A DNA stretch of 33,876 nt from Octopus bimaculoides (taxonomy: Eukaryota). The notes below the pieces were generated by a model. The model was not told the origin of the DNA and ran no database searches. It saw only the letters and a list, made by a program, of their open reading frames with translations. This document shows, in pieces, positions 10,286 through 22,149 of this stretch (within the stretch, counting starts at the first letter, position 1; each line of letters begins with the position of its first letter). Location of the stretch: positions 31,553,567-31,587,442 of the forward strand of contig NC_068992.1 of the NCBI RefSeq assembly GCF_001194135.2, in the 5' to 3' direction. Made by a program: the position numbers and the translations under genes.

Positions 10286-10347
10286 TCACTGCCTGGAATC
10301 GAACTCGGAATCTTGGGGTTAGTAGCCCACTCTCTTAACCACTACCT
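10282..10347 (-). mobile_element. tRNA-derived SINE head followed by (AAT)n
   Basis: Minus strand: GTAGTGGTTAAG (A-box-like), GGG-CTACTAA-CCC (anticodon-arm-like), GAGTTCGATTCC (B box), then CAGGCAGTGACCTG-(AAT)n. No acceptor stem. Confidence 0.8.
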
Positions 10348-10423
10348 GATATGCTGTTTAGGTATATTATTACATTATATATTCCTTTATGTGCAGACAA
10401 TGTTGCATTTCAGAAGTATACTA

Positions 10424-12110
10424 TATTATTATTATCGTTGCTACTGTTGCTGTTGTTGTTCTTATTCCTTCGTAACACAGTGTAGGAGAAATGCACGGGA
10501 GTATTTAGTCATCTACCAAGTCAAAAGCAGGATTCAGACAGATAATGCTTTCCTTAAAATGTGCGCTGTGCCCAATAACCCTGCTTTTTGCAAGCCATCA
10601 ATCCTTCATGGGATTTCCAGTGGCCTTAAGAAGTCTTGAAGTTTCAGTGTAATTGAGTCCAACGCTCTAATCACCATTGGCATTACTTTTACATTAATCT
10701 CCCGTATTCCATACACCCTTGCAATTTTCACTTTGAATTCGGAGTACTTGGTGATTTTTTTCAACTTCTTTACTCACAACATTCATCTTATTTGTTATGG
10801 TTACATCAATGGTGTTACAGTATTTGTCTCACTTATTCAATATGACAATATCCGGCCGACGGTGTTCGATTACATGATCCGTCTGAAAATCATAGTCCAA
10901 CAGTATCGTTACTTTCTATCCTCTTGCATAACTTTACTTGGTACATGCTCATACCAGTCCCCTGTTACTTCATATTGGTATTTACGGCATAAGAACCAAT
11001 GAAGATGCACACACACTTTATCTTCAAAGAATACATTACTTGAATACAATTTGATGTTGCACTCTTTCATGCTACGCATCAGAAAATTTGTAATATTTTC
11101 AGCAACACCAAACATCTGCAGGCATTCAACGATCCATGAATGAGGCATTATATTATATGCCTTCTTAAAGTCAATCCAAGGCTTTGACATATTTGTATTG
11201 TGTGTTTTACAATGCCTCAAACTGTTTTATCAATGTCTAGGTGATCTTAGGTAAATTGAGAACTCTTCCTACATCCTTTTTGTTCCCTTCGTAGTATTTC
11301 TTTCTGTGCCAAGAAAGTATCGGTCTTTTCTGCACATATTCCAGTGAGTATCGTCCAGATTATGCTTAAGCATGCTATGGGACGGTAGTTTCCCACAACA
11401 TTCCCCTCTTTCTATCTTTCATTATGAGTGTTGTCTTCCAAGTCACCATCCACGCGGGTAATGTACCTTTCTGGACACACTTATTCAATTGGGCTGCTAA
11501 TCTTTCATGCACCACGTGGCATCTATTGAACCAAAAGAACCATGGATCCCATCTGGTCTGGGGGGGGGGCTTTCCAGTTAGGCACTTTACCCACTTATAC
11601 TTTCACGTCAACCGTGCATATGGTAATAATTCTTTGTTTTTTCCTACTTGTAATTCTGTCTAAATAGTTCCTATCCACATTGCATCCCTTTTATACACCA
11701 CATTGTTTCCCCATAACCAGCCCCAGAACTCCTTGGCTTGATTTGCATCAGGAGCAACATTTCCCCCATTGTCTCCGCCTAACGTTCGGAAGAATTGCTT
11801 CGGGATATTTCTGAACAGTCTGGCCTCGAAAGCTTATTTTTGTTCACAAATCGTCTGAACTTCTGGCTTTTTGCCATGATCCTCTGCTTTAACTACTCTA
11901 TTACTTCACCAAACCCGTTCTTCCATATTTTATTTTTTCCCTCTAATTTTTCTTCGTCGGTCTTTCTCTCATTTTCCATGTTTAATCTTAACCATTCTCA
12001 TTTTTTTCCTAAATATTGCCTCTTTCGCACTATGTCTCTTTTAATGTGTCTTTTCCACCATGGTTCTTTTGCTCCACCATTTTTTGTTCTCTTAAGTACC
12101 ACCCACTCAC
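10424..12110 (-). mobile_element. R4/Dong-clade non-LTR retrotransposon (RT + restriction-like endonuclease), decayed, internally deleted
   Basis: Minus-strand motifs in order: KEPWWKRHI, PDANQAKEFW, NYRPIACL, EQKGCRK, WIDFKKAYNIMPHSWIVECL, HLHWFLCRKY..WYEHVP, HRRPDIVIL..IDV..KEVEKITKY (RLE), GLQKAGLLGTAHILRKAL* (stop 10534). Then a short UTR and an AAC/AAT tail. Confidence 0.88.
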
Positions 12111-12111
12111 A

Positions 12112-12288
12112 CTTAACTAACCAACTGACTGACTGACTGACTAATTTACTGGCTGATTAACTCACTCACTCACTCACTCACTCACTCAATCACTCACTCA
12201 TTCACTCACTCACTCACTCACTCACTCACTAACTCACTCACTCACCCACTCACTCACCTACTGACTAACTCACTCACTCACTCACAAT
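12112..12288. repeat. (CTCA)n/(CTGA)n microsatellite
   Basis: Direct tandem tetranucleotides. Confidence 0.95.
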
Positions 12289-12299
12289 ATTGCAACAAA

Positions 12300-12720
12300 T
12301 TACCCAGCGCACCGTGTATGTGTATATACATATTTGTGCGTGTGTGAATGTGTGTTTGCATGTATATGTATATGTAAAAAACATACACACACATATATAT
12401 ATATACACACACACATTTCTGAGTGCCCTTCTTTCGTCTGTTCACTCACGCGCGCTCGCGCGTGTTTGTGTGTGTCTGTGTGTGTGTATGTGAGTGTGTG
12501 TGTGCGTGTGTGTGTGCGTGTGTGTGTACACACACACACACACATATANNNNNNNNNNNNNNNNNNNNNNNNNNNNNNNNNNNNNNNNNNNNNNNNNNNN
12601 NNNNNNNNNNNNNNNNNNNNNNNNNNNNNNNNNNNNNNNNNNNNNNNNNNNNNNNNNNNNNNNNNNNNNNNNNNNNNNNNNNNNNNNNNNNNNNNNNNNA
12701 TATATATATATATATACACA
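12300..12720. other. (TG)n/(CA)n/(TA)n tracts with assembly gap (N 12549-12699)
   Basis: Dinucleotide repeats around an N run. Confidence 0.97.
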
Positions 12721-13284
12721 TACGTTTATCAGTTAGTTTTACAAGATTCCTGATGCGAAATCGAGTCTTGAAACAGATATTGTTATAATTCTGGAATGTC
12801 CTTTTATTTATTTTATCTATATATTTTGTTATTTTGCGGAATAAACGCACGCACTATTATTATTCTTTTCTTGACTCACTCAGTATTGTTATTTTATTAT
12901 TTTAACGCCTGTCCTTGTCGGGAAGACTTCAGCGATACTTTACTTTTCCGTGTGTCTTCTTGCTCCACTTACCCCTTATATATTAAGACAGGCTTTTATA
13001 TATATACTCATGTATGCACGAGAGGAGGGGAAACGTTCGTGGCTGTTAGAGTTTCGTGAAAGAGCTTGATGGAGGTCCAAACTTCCGAATTCTATTAGAA
13101 ATCTTACAAAAACTGAACGGCCGCTACAGCAACTGTGAATCGAAGAGATGAATGTTTCGGATAAATTCAATATTAAGTGATCCTCTTTTATTTTCTTTTT
13201 ACCCGAGGCCATACAATTTAAGCACCCACTTGTCCTTGTACATACAGGCACACAAAAACTCATGCACCACCCCTCACATTTAAT

Positions 13285-13578
13285 TGACTAACTAACAGTG
13301 TGACTGAGTGACTGACTAATTTAATTACTATTGAACTAACTATCACATTAACTCACTGACTCACTCACTCAGTAGTTGGCTGGCTGACCGGTAGGCTGGC
13401 TGGCTAACTAGCTAGCTGGCTGACTGTCTGCCTGGCTGACTAACTAAATGACCAATGGACCGATCTACCATCCAGCCATCCAACAAGCCACACCAATTAA
13501 CCAATCAACCAATCAACCAAATAATTAACTGTCTCACAGTCAGTCAGTCTGTCTGTCTATCTCTCACTCACTCACTCA

Positions 13579-13654
<76 letters not shown>

Positions 13655-13663
13655 ATATATATA
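13285..13663. repeat. Compound tetra/dinucleotide repeats (TGAC, CCAA, CTCA, CT, TA)
   Basis: Visible degenerate tandem arrays. Confidence 0.9.
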
Positions 13664-13822
13664 TAACGAGCTTCTTTCAGTTTCCGTCAACCAAATCCAA
13701 GCACAAGGCTTTGGTCGGCCCGATGCTATAGTAGAAGACACTTGCCCAATGTACCACGCAGTGGGACTGAGCCCGGAACCATGTGGTTCGTAAGCAAGTT
13801 ACTTACCACACAGCCACATGCG
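13664..13822 (-). mobile_element. tRNA-derived SINE 5' half (same family as 25861-26290)
   Basis: Reverse complement (gtggctgtgtggtaagtaacttgcttacgaaccacatggttccgggctcagtcccactgcgtgg...gacggaaactgaaagaagctcg-(TA)n) aligns with 25861-26025. Confidence 0.9.
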
Positions 13823-13899
13823 TCTATCTCTCTCGCAAGTTATCCACATAATTCTATGTACAAACTTTTATTTGCTTTTGTATGAGTGCATATAGCTCT

Positions 13900-13978
13900 T
13901 TGTCTGTGTACCTGTGTGTGTGTTTGCGTGTGTGTGTATGTGTATGTGTGTGTGTATGTGTATGTGTGTGTGTGAATC
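13900..13978. repeat. (TG)n/(TGTATG)n microsatellite
   Basis: Direct repeats. Confidence 0.9.
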
Positions 13979-14714
13979 TCCACACAGAGGGTGAGAGAGG
14001 TGAAATATGTAAATAGAAAACAGTCTAGTATCATATATGCGGGATTTATTAAAGTTAACGTCTGATTGCAATATTTATATATCAATTACAATTTCCTTGC
14101 AGCAAAGTTCTCTTACTTATGTATGTATTCTGTTATAGAAATAAAACGCGTTACTATAAAACAAAATTAAAAGAAGTTGCTTAATAGTGAGATCAAAATA
14201 ATGAATTAGATAGGTATATTGTTACAAATAGAAAATGCAAATGTGTTTCTTCTGAGAATACGTTTCTTACAATGCCTATAATATCAGTGATCTTTTCAAA
14301 TAAAAGAATTTTTTTGAAATATACATAGTTGAAACATAAATCGTTTCTTGAACTCTACAGAAACATTGAAACTTTTCAAGTATTGAAAATAACATCAAAT
14401 ATAAATATTTAGTTTTACACTTACAACATATAGCTGAAATGACAGTATTAACGTCAAAACGAATAATTGAATAAATATATCGTGTGTTCTTAAACCTAAA
14501 TTTTGAAGATGATGAATTTAACATTTGTTGACCTTTGTTTAATATGATTTCTTGCACAACTGAGGAGATATCAAAGCAAATATTTGAGAGCAAATATAAT
14601 TAAAACAAAAGCGATAACCTACAGAAAGGAAATTCTGAAAAGAATTACAAATAGAACGCAAATATAGGAAATTTAAAACAAAAAAATTGTGAATACACAA
14701 CGAAAGATCGGTCG

Positions 14715-14840
14715 AGAAAAACATTGGCTGATGATATCGGACTGATTACAAACGAAGATTTGGAGAAGATGAAAGACGAATAAATAAAAGGAAAGTATAG
14801 CACGAAAATTGATACCGGGAAACATAAAATAAGTTAAAAC
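14715..14840 (+). mobile_element. Highly decayed non-LTR RT fragment (xADD region)
   Basis: LADDIGLITNEDLEKMKDE*IKGKYSTKIDTGKHKI resembles FADDIALI..E.LE.M.......Y.MKIN..KTKI of RTE/CR1-type RTs. Confidence 0.45.
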
Positions 14841-15489
14841 ATATGGTAGATAACATACGTTAGATAATTTGAATAAAAATATTATGTGAATAAGATAACA
14901 TTACAAAGACATTAAAAATTATTTTAAAAAGCATTTTGTAAACCATAAACAGTAAATGATAGTGAAAAGTGAATGACGCAAAAAATCATCCAAGAGAAAT
15001 GCATATCGTGGATAGAGAGAAAAATGGACAAGATCTGATAAATATATCTGCATATAAGAAAATTGAAAAAGAGGGAGATTTAGAGCAAACGGAAAGATAA
15101 CTGATCAGACAGACAATAAAAGTTAAGCCAAACTTTATAGATCTAGTATATTGACTCCACATATACACAAAGATAATCGATGATTCAAAAGAAAGATGTG
15201 GAAATGTGGAAATGGCGAAAGAATTAGAAAACTTAACAGGAAAATTGTATTATAGAGACGCATGGAAATAACGAATAAAGAAATTGGGAACACTTTAAAA
15301 TCTATAATCACTGCAAGGGATAAAATGGAAATGAAAGAAATGGGTTTTAGTATGATGAAATTGAGAATATAACGTTAAAGCATCAAGGCATCCGAAATGT
15401 ATTTTCAGAAATAATACCATTACGTAATGCTTGAAGCTGAGATGAATAAAATAATATATAACTATATAATGAATCGTGTCAGATACACG

Positions 15490-15575
15490 TATATCTATCT
15501 ATCTCTCCGTCACTCTTTCTCTATCTCTCTCTCTCTCTCCTTCTCTCTCTCTCTCTCTGTCTATCTCTATCTATA
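15490..15575. repeat. (CT)n/(CTAT)n microsatellite
   Basis: Direct repeats. Confidence 0.9.
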
Positions 15576-16422
15576 CATACGCACACAAATACACGCATAC
15601 GTATATAAAAATGTTATATCGTTTCGTGTGTTTAGGCTAAACTGAAAAGATATTTCATGTCAACAACCTTGTTCTTAATACTTAAAACACATAGATCATT
15701 ATTTTATAAGTGACAAAACTGCAATGAATGACGGGAAGATATTTTATTTCACTCTATACATCACTGCAGGATTATATTTAACCAAATTTTCATTTCCCAA
15801 CCTAAACGAAAACCGGAAATTTAATAATTTAATATGCTATAAATTTATACATTTTTTTAAACAAGAACCAATATATAAACGAAGTGTAATGATGCTGACG
15901 CATATACACTCATACACAGCACTGGGAATACTACACATTTTTCAATGTTTGCTCGAAAATTTTTGTCATTGTTCTCATGGAACCAATATAAATGGGGGAA
16001 ATCTTAACCTTCATAAATTCGTTGTTCTAATATTTGATGATATAATTTATAAATCGATAGTCTACTTTCTTGTTGATATTACTTTGTTTATAAATAGTTA
16101 CATAGCATCGCTACAATACATAACTTTAAATGGATATGCGCTATCAGGCCTCTGGTGTGCAATTTGTCTCAAGGGTAGTGTAGTAAATTCACAAAAACCA
16201 CACTTCGTGAATTTCGGGGTCTAGAATTTCTATATTTACAGAACCGTAATATCTCTTTTCAGTGCATTGAAAACCAGATATTTTCCAACTCTTTTGGGAA
16301 TTACATTATAATATCTACAAGGTTTCTATGTATTGTGAACTGAAATGGTAGTTATAAATCTCACACTCTGCGTTCGTTTGAAGAGTCCGCTGTCTTGCGA
16401 CAATTAACATTTTGGGACTGTA

Positions 16423-16640
16423 AGGCGGCGAGCTGGCAGAAACTTTAGCATGCCGGGCGAATTGCTTAGCTTTATTTCGTTTGTCTTTACCTTCTGAGTT
16501 CAAATTCCACCGAGGTCAACTTTTCCTTTCATCCTTTCGTGATCGATAAATTAAGTATCTGTTGCGTACTGAGGTCCATCTAATCGATTGGCCCCTCTTC
16601 CAAAAGTTTAGGCCTTGGACCTAGAGTAGAAAAGAATATT
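16423..16640 (+). mobile_element. Full-length tRNA-derived SINE with target-site duplication
   Basis: GGCGGCGAGCTGGCAGAA head, B box GAGTTCAAATTCC, tail GTAGAAAAGAAT. The sequence ATTTTGGGAC is duplicated at 16409-16418 and 16638-16647. A second, truncated copy lies at 32443. Confidence 0.9.
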
Positions 16641-16799
16641 TTGGGACAGCTCCTTGCTGCCAAACCCAATCAATGTTCTTTTCCACAGGCTTCCTTTCTA
16701 ATGACAAATCGAATTATCGTTGTTATTTCTTAACACCTGATTTTTGGAAGAAACAGATCGAAACAATCTTCGAAAATGATTTCATATTTGCTTATATTT

Positions 16800-17000
16800 T
16801 TGCTTTCAGTTTTAAATTTTCAAAATGTTTTGTCAGCGTTTAACATTACTACATTAAGAGGTCTCTTTTCTATAGTCTTTTGGGGAAACGTACACTTGTG
16901 TTTTCTGGTTATACTATATCATCGGCATCCAATGACACGTTTCCACTTTTAGAGTGCAAAATTATTTGGGAACACATGATTACATGCTTCTATTTAAGTG
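16800..17000 (-). mobile_element. Possible decayed LINE RT fragment
   Basis: The minus strand reads NVSLDADDIV*PEN and, further on, LNADKT; weak resemblance to YADDIV...LN..KT. Confidence 0.3.
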
Positions 17001-17273
17001 ACTTCCTTTCCTTATCATCAATATCCTTTAGTATATGTTCCTCTTGTGGGAAAAATGCCTGCTAATAATAATCGCTAATATCAACTAATTAGCCATGGTG
17101 ACCGAAGATTCGTTGCTTGTTGATGGTTCCGACATGCAGTGTGAAATATGAAATCTTCAGTATCTGGATATAGCAATTTCGTAGATACACAAACACACAC
17201 ATAGACAAAGACAGACAGACAAGCAGACAGATAGATAGATAGATGTATCATTTATGCGTGTGTGTAATCTTGT

Positions 17274-17847
17274 CTAGCCACAAATATTGTCCGAAATATC
17301 ATAAATAATTTACTCTTCCTGTATGTGTATATTTTTATAAGAGAAAAATATGTAAGGAAGATGAATTTCATACTTGAACTTGTGTTTATTTATTAATACG
17401 GTAATGACAATTATATAGTATTGTAAGAGAAAAAACGTAATAATGAAAGTAGAAACAAGATCAATTTCATACATGAATTTTTGTTTGTTTATTATATGAT
17501 AATAATAAGTGAGATGTATATGTTATTTTATTTATCAATGCTGTAATGGCAATTATATAATACAGTTAATTTAAATAGGTATTTTACTCATTCTTGAATG
17601 TAATAATAATAATGGTAAATTAAATTATTGAAGTATTCATGTTGCGTTATGAGTGGATAACTCTTTATAAACAGTGTATTTGTTTTATTTCGGGGAGCAA
17701 AAGCAAACAGATTGGCTTTTGTTCCCACACATGATACCCCAACATAAAGTTTGCCATGTGAAAGCATGGTTCTTTAAGTTGCAATCCATCAACTTTTTCT
17801 GTTTCGCCTTGACTTTTATTAATGATCATGGCAAAAGAAACACGGAT
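17274..17847 (-). mobile_element. Helitron 3' fragment (Pif1 helicase C-terminus, 3' UTR, candidate CTAG end)
   Basis: The minus strand reads IRVSFAMIINKSQGETEKVDGLQLKEPCF, then (frameshift) HGKLYVGVSCVG...VYKEL, matching the Pif1 motif FAMTINKSQGQ..HGQLYVA.SRV. The UTR has degenerate ~100 bp repeats; CTAG at 17274-17277. Confidence 0.8.
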
Positions 17848-18270
17848 TTGAAAAAAACAACGCCTACTTTGGTAAATCGTAAGGGACTAGTGTTTCACCA
17901 TGATAATTCAAGGCCTCACACTGCAAAGATTAAATCAGAAAAAATTAAAGAACTTGGCTGGAAAAAATCTTTCACCTGTCCTGTTCCCTAGACCTCGTTC
18001 CTTCTAATTACCATTTGTATTGAAGCTTACAAAATCATTTAGATGGATTAATCCTCAAAAGACCCAAACAGGGGAAAATTGACCTCTCTTTCTTCTTAGG
18101 AAAACGGAAATATATTTTCCCCTATGGAATTAGTAAACAGATGAGTAGATGAAAGGAAGTCATCGATAGTGTTGGAAATTATGTAAGGCGTGAAGTTGTA
18201 ATAAAATGTAAAATTAGATCCCTTTTTCTTACCCAAAATTGGAATATTACTTATGGGATTATTTAATATA
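17848..18270 (+). mobile_element. Mariner transposon 3' fragment with right TIR
   Basis: LVNRKGLVFHHDNSRPHTAK..IKELGW, then (frameshift) DLVPSNYHLY*SLQNHLDG and GIS..KEVIDSVGNY. These match mariner HDNARPH and SPDLAPSDYHLF. Ends ttacttatgggattatttaata + TA. Confidence 0.85.
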
Positions 18271-21200
18271 TGTATATGATTCTTCTATGTATAATGATTT
18301 AGTACTCAAAATAATTGGATGGATTGCAGGACTTTAGTGGCTTTATCCACGGCATTTTTGTCTTAGCGCATTTCTCAATTCCAGATTCAGTGTGGCTATC
18401 AATTTTTTCTACGTGTCGAATTAAAGAGTCCAGTTGATAATTACTTTTCCCACCAAGCTTTGTCAGCCATAAATAGGAGAATATCCAACTCACCCATTCT
18501 TTCCCAGGTTTATCGGAATTTATTTCAGTTAAGTATAATCTATAAAGCCACTTGTGCAAACGAAATTGAGATGGTAGAGAGGTCGACCCTCTGAAATATT
18601 GCTTTTGACCTGATATTTATTTCTCTACCTCCTCCAAATGTTGATTCTATCCTGTGTTACAGATGAGTTTTCTAAAAAGCAGTTGTACATTTTCAGGAAT
18701 TTCCACTGCTTGGTTCACTTGTGAGGATAAAGTGCTTCGTAAAATCGATAATATCAGGCATAAAAATGTCAAATTCTTTATTTCATAGTTCAAGTACTTT
18801 CATCTTCTCGGTATTCCAAGGTGCAGATATAATTATTCACAACGTTACTAATCTAAGGAAGTATTTCGAACTTGTTTTAGTATTAGGTCAGGCTGACTAA
18901 TGCATTCTGAAGGAACTACTTGAAGGTGAAACTATGTTTAATTCCCTCGTATATATGTATTTATATATGTACGTGCTAGAATATATGTTTTCTTTTACCT
19001 TCCACCGGATGTCAAACTGTATTATTTCGTTTGTGTAAGCATAACGTCATGCTTCAGAAGAAAGTTTCATTGAATAAGTACTTAACTTAAAATTATTACT
19101 ATGGCTTATGTGATCGACTAAATTCCAGGCAACTGTCCTGTATGACTTGAGTCCAAATAAATGATTCCTTGCTCGGTGGAACTTGGCATTAGTGAAGGAA
19201 TTCGTTTGCGTGGTGCGATATGCCATATTCAACAAATAATGAATAGGAATGTTTTCCTCTATTTTCACATGTGAATCTCGAGGGAAATTTTACAATAAAA
19301 TCTCTTATGCACTGTCTATTAGAAACGTTGTTACAAAATTGATGTTCCAAGTTTAGTTTAGATAGCCTAGAGTGAGCGATATATTTGTGATAAATAGAAA
19401 AGTGATTACACTAATGCTGGCACATAGCAAGTTAAATAACATTTTTACTTTATAGTTCAATGCATATAGCTTGATATTGCAATCACTCTCTATATATTAA
19501 ATATATAATAAATATAGCTTGACATAACATGTAACATATTTTTTGCAAGAGATATAACTATACAAAGTGACATTTGGCTTTTCGCTTTTGATCGTGTTGT
19601 ATATTCAAAAGCATTAGGGAACGGAATATGTATAACACTGCTTATAATATAATGCATTAGACATATACTGATATACCCTGTACGTAAGGGATATCAAACA
19701 AGTATTACTGCCATGTTATATTTCTCCCGATAAATGAACAGACACTGATGTCATTGCTACAAATATAAATGTTATTTGGTTATCATCCTTAAATTTTATG
19801 ATTTTCCATTTTGCAATTTCTTTTATATTTCACCTCTGGACTCATGAATATATATTTATTTCTTTTGTTATACACGAATATCTAAGGTTATTCTGAAAAT
19901 AAATACCGAATGGGTAGATTTCATTCCTTGTTTCCTCCCGCTTTCCAATTCGATGGATTCTATGAAAGAATGAAAAGGATCTCATAATTCTATAGAATTA
20001 TCATGGTTGTCGGCCATATCGATCTAAATATACTTTTACCGTATTTCATAACAGCTATTGACAACTTAAAATGACATACTCTCATCTTACATATACCTCG
20101 CTTTGGAATATTAGAAATATAGCGAGGGATCAAATACTTATACCATACAGTAATATTTGTGCAAAGAAATCAGAATAAAGAAGCAGATTTAGATTTATTA
20201 TATTGAAAGTTTAAATATGGATGATGCATCGACAGCAATTTATTACAGTTAGTTGTTTGAATCCTCCCCCCGCGTACAATACCTTTTGCTCCTTCAAAAA
20301 TTACATCCATATAACAATATTCAATAATAAAGCTGGCTTGAATGGAGGAAACGTATGCATATATAGATATTTGTATTAAGGCCACAAAAGGCTACCGGGG
20401 AAACACTTCCGCGCAGTAGAATGTTGAAAAATATTTAATTAGGATTATTCATAATAAGCAACAATACATAATTGTCCGTCTGTAACTTGCCATAAAAAGA
20501 AATATTATTGTACTTAACACTATTTACTCTCAAGTATTTTGAGTATTTGATATAATAAAGTGCCCTTAATCAAAGGAACATAATAGAGGTGATCAAAACA
20601 CTAAGATATCTAAGCAAAGTAAAATACTCACTTGTATAATCTACCCAACTCATTCATATTGTGAAGTAAATAACATTGTCTCAGAAGCATTGCGCCATAT
20701 GTCTAGGCAGAGCATTTTTTCATACAGGCGTATACTCACTTACAGTTCTCTTAAAATCCATGCAAAGGATCAAGATTTATGAGGAGGCAGCATAGATTAA
20801 TTTACATGTATTTATATGTGTCTTTGTATATACATTTATATCTATAGTGAATTCATACTACTTGCGTACGGAGACACTGAAATTGAAGTTGCCAAAGTCG
20901 TAAGTCTTCACCGTTTCAATCTGCATCGATGTAAGCAACTACCACCTAATTACACAAATAACAGGTGTAACGTTCAACGAATTAAATTATATGGATTTTA
21001 GCACATTCTATAATAAAATTCTTGACATGCAAACTCTTTTCCGCAGTCGCTGTGGTCTTAAATCATAGCAATTTAAACAAGATTTACGATTTGATTGAAT
21101 ATATTCGCGCGAAAACCTTTCTTGTATTGCATTCCTGAAAATATGTTGTCCAAAAAAAAAAAAAGAAAGAATGTAAACAGGAAAGAGGCAAGGATGATAC

Positions 21201-22149
21201 ACTAATTGCGGATGACCTCGCTGCAAAAGCAAAAACTTTTGTAATTAGAAACATTTATGGAATGGAAGATGCAAGAAAATGAAGTCACAAATCAAAACCT
21301 GGTCGTACATCATCAACAACAGAAACGACAAGAACAATAGCAGAAGTAACAAAAACAATATCTACGAGTGCAGCAGGATCTGTGGTAACAGCAACAGTTG
21401 GGGCATGAAGAGGACCAACAGCGAACTCATGTGCAGTAACGGAAAATATGGACAATAACAAAATAATAGCTTCGCAGTATTATTAAAACCCAGAGATCTG
21501 CCACTCGCCCTATTCTTTCTACTGTTGTATCTTCAAACACTGGCATGCACAAGCAAGAATTCTCGTTTTTGCTACTTCCAAGTCATTGTTTTCCGGAAAA
21601 TCACACGTGATTATGAATATATCATAGTAACGAAATGAAAATTTAAAAGACTGTAAACATGAATTCGACTTCGACCTAGACCAGTACATTTAACATGAAC
21701 ACAGTGGCAGGTAATTGATCGCATCTTTCCCAATACACATACAGGATCAATTGTCAAGGATAGGTAATTTTGGAGTAGAGGGACAAATAATTAGAAATAT
21801 ATTTAGGTGACTAGGAAACTTATTGCAGTTCAAATGCTGGGGGAAAAATTAGTCCTTGACAATTTCTTCAACGCAGATCATGAGGGTTGTGCTTTCCTAT
21901 TCTGGTCATGTACACTAAGATACGAGGGAATAAAAGATGTTCGATATGTTCTGGTGGGAGAAGCGACAAGTTGAAAGAAATAGACAATCTGGTTTTTGAG
22001 GGCAGCTGGGGCGCGAATTTTTTTTTGTTTTCCCATGAGAGATCCAGATCCCAGTAATGAACTCAATTGCATACAGTTAATCACAGCTCACCATGAAAAT
22101 CTACATACTGTGTGTTACTACAGTACAGCCAGTCAAGTACGGAATGGTG

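Noticed and set aside
10215-10296. 10 bp direct repeat CACTGCCTGG (10215-10224, 10287-10296)
   Set aside because: Not placed like a TSD of either element; could be chance.
10282-10347. Functional tRNA gene
   Set aside because: No acceptor stem pairing, and it runs directly into (AAT)n; treated as a SINE head.
3993-12850. Long ORFs spanning N runs (3993-4518, 8036-8806, 12300-12850)
   Set aside because: Open only because N codons and dinucleotide repeats contain no stops.
12915-13095. HHR-like fragments (ctgaag-GTC/ttccc/GAC on minus; cttgatggagg..cttccgaa on plus)
   Set aside because: Core nucleotides are missing and no helix I/III could be built.
14276-14593. 105 aa minus ORF with a hydrophobic, receptor-like look
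   Set aside because: No diagnostic motif; lies next to decayed LINE-like sequence on the other strand.
15724-16224. 166 aa ORF
   Set aside because: No recognisable motif, AT-rich composition, no convincing splice context; probably chance.
18440-18560. Possible minus-strand micro-exon ending in GG|GTGAGT (LYLTEINSDKPGKEW)
   Set aside because: Weak acceptor, no partner exons, no recognisable homology.
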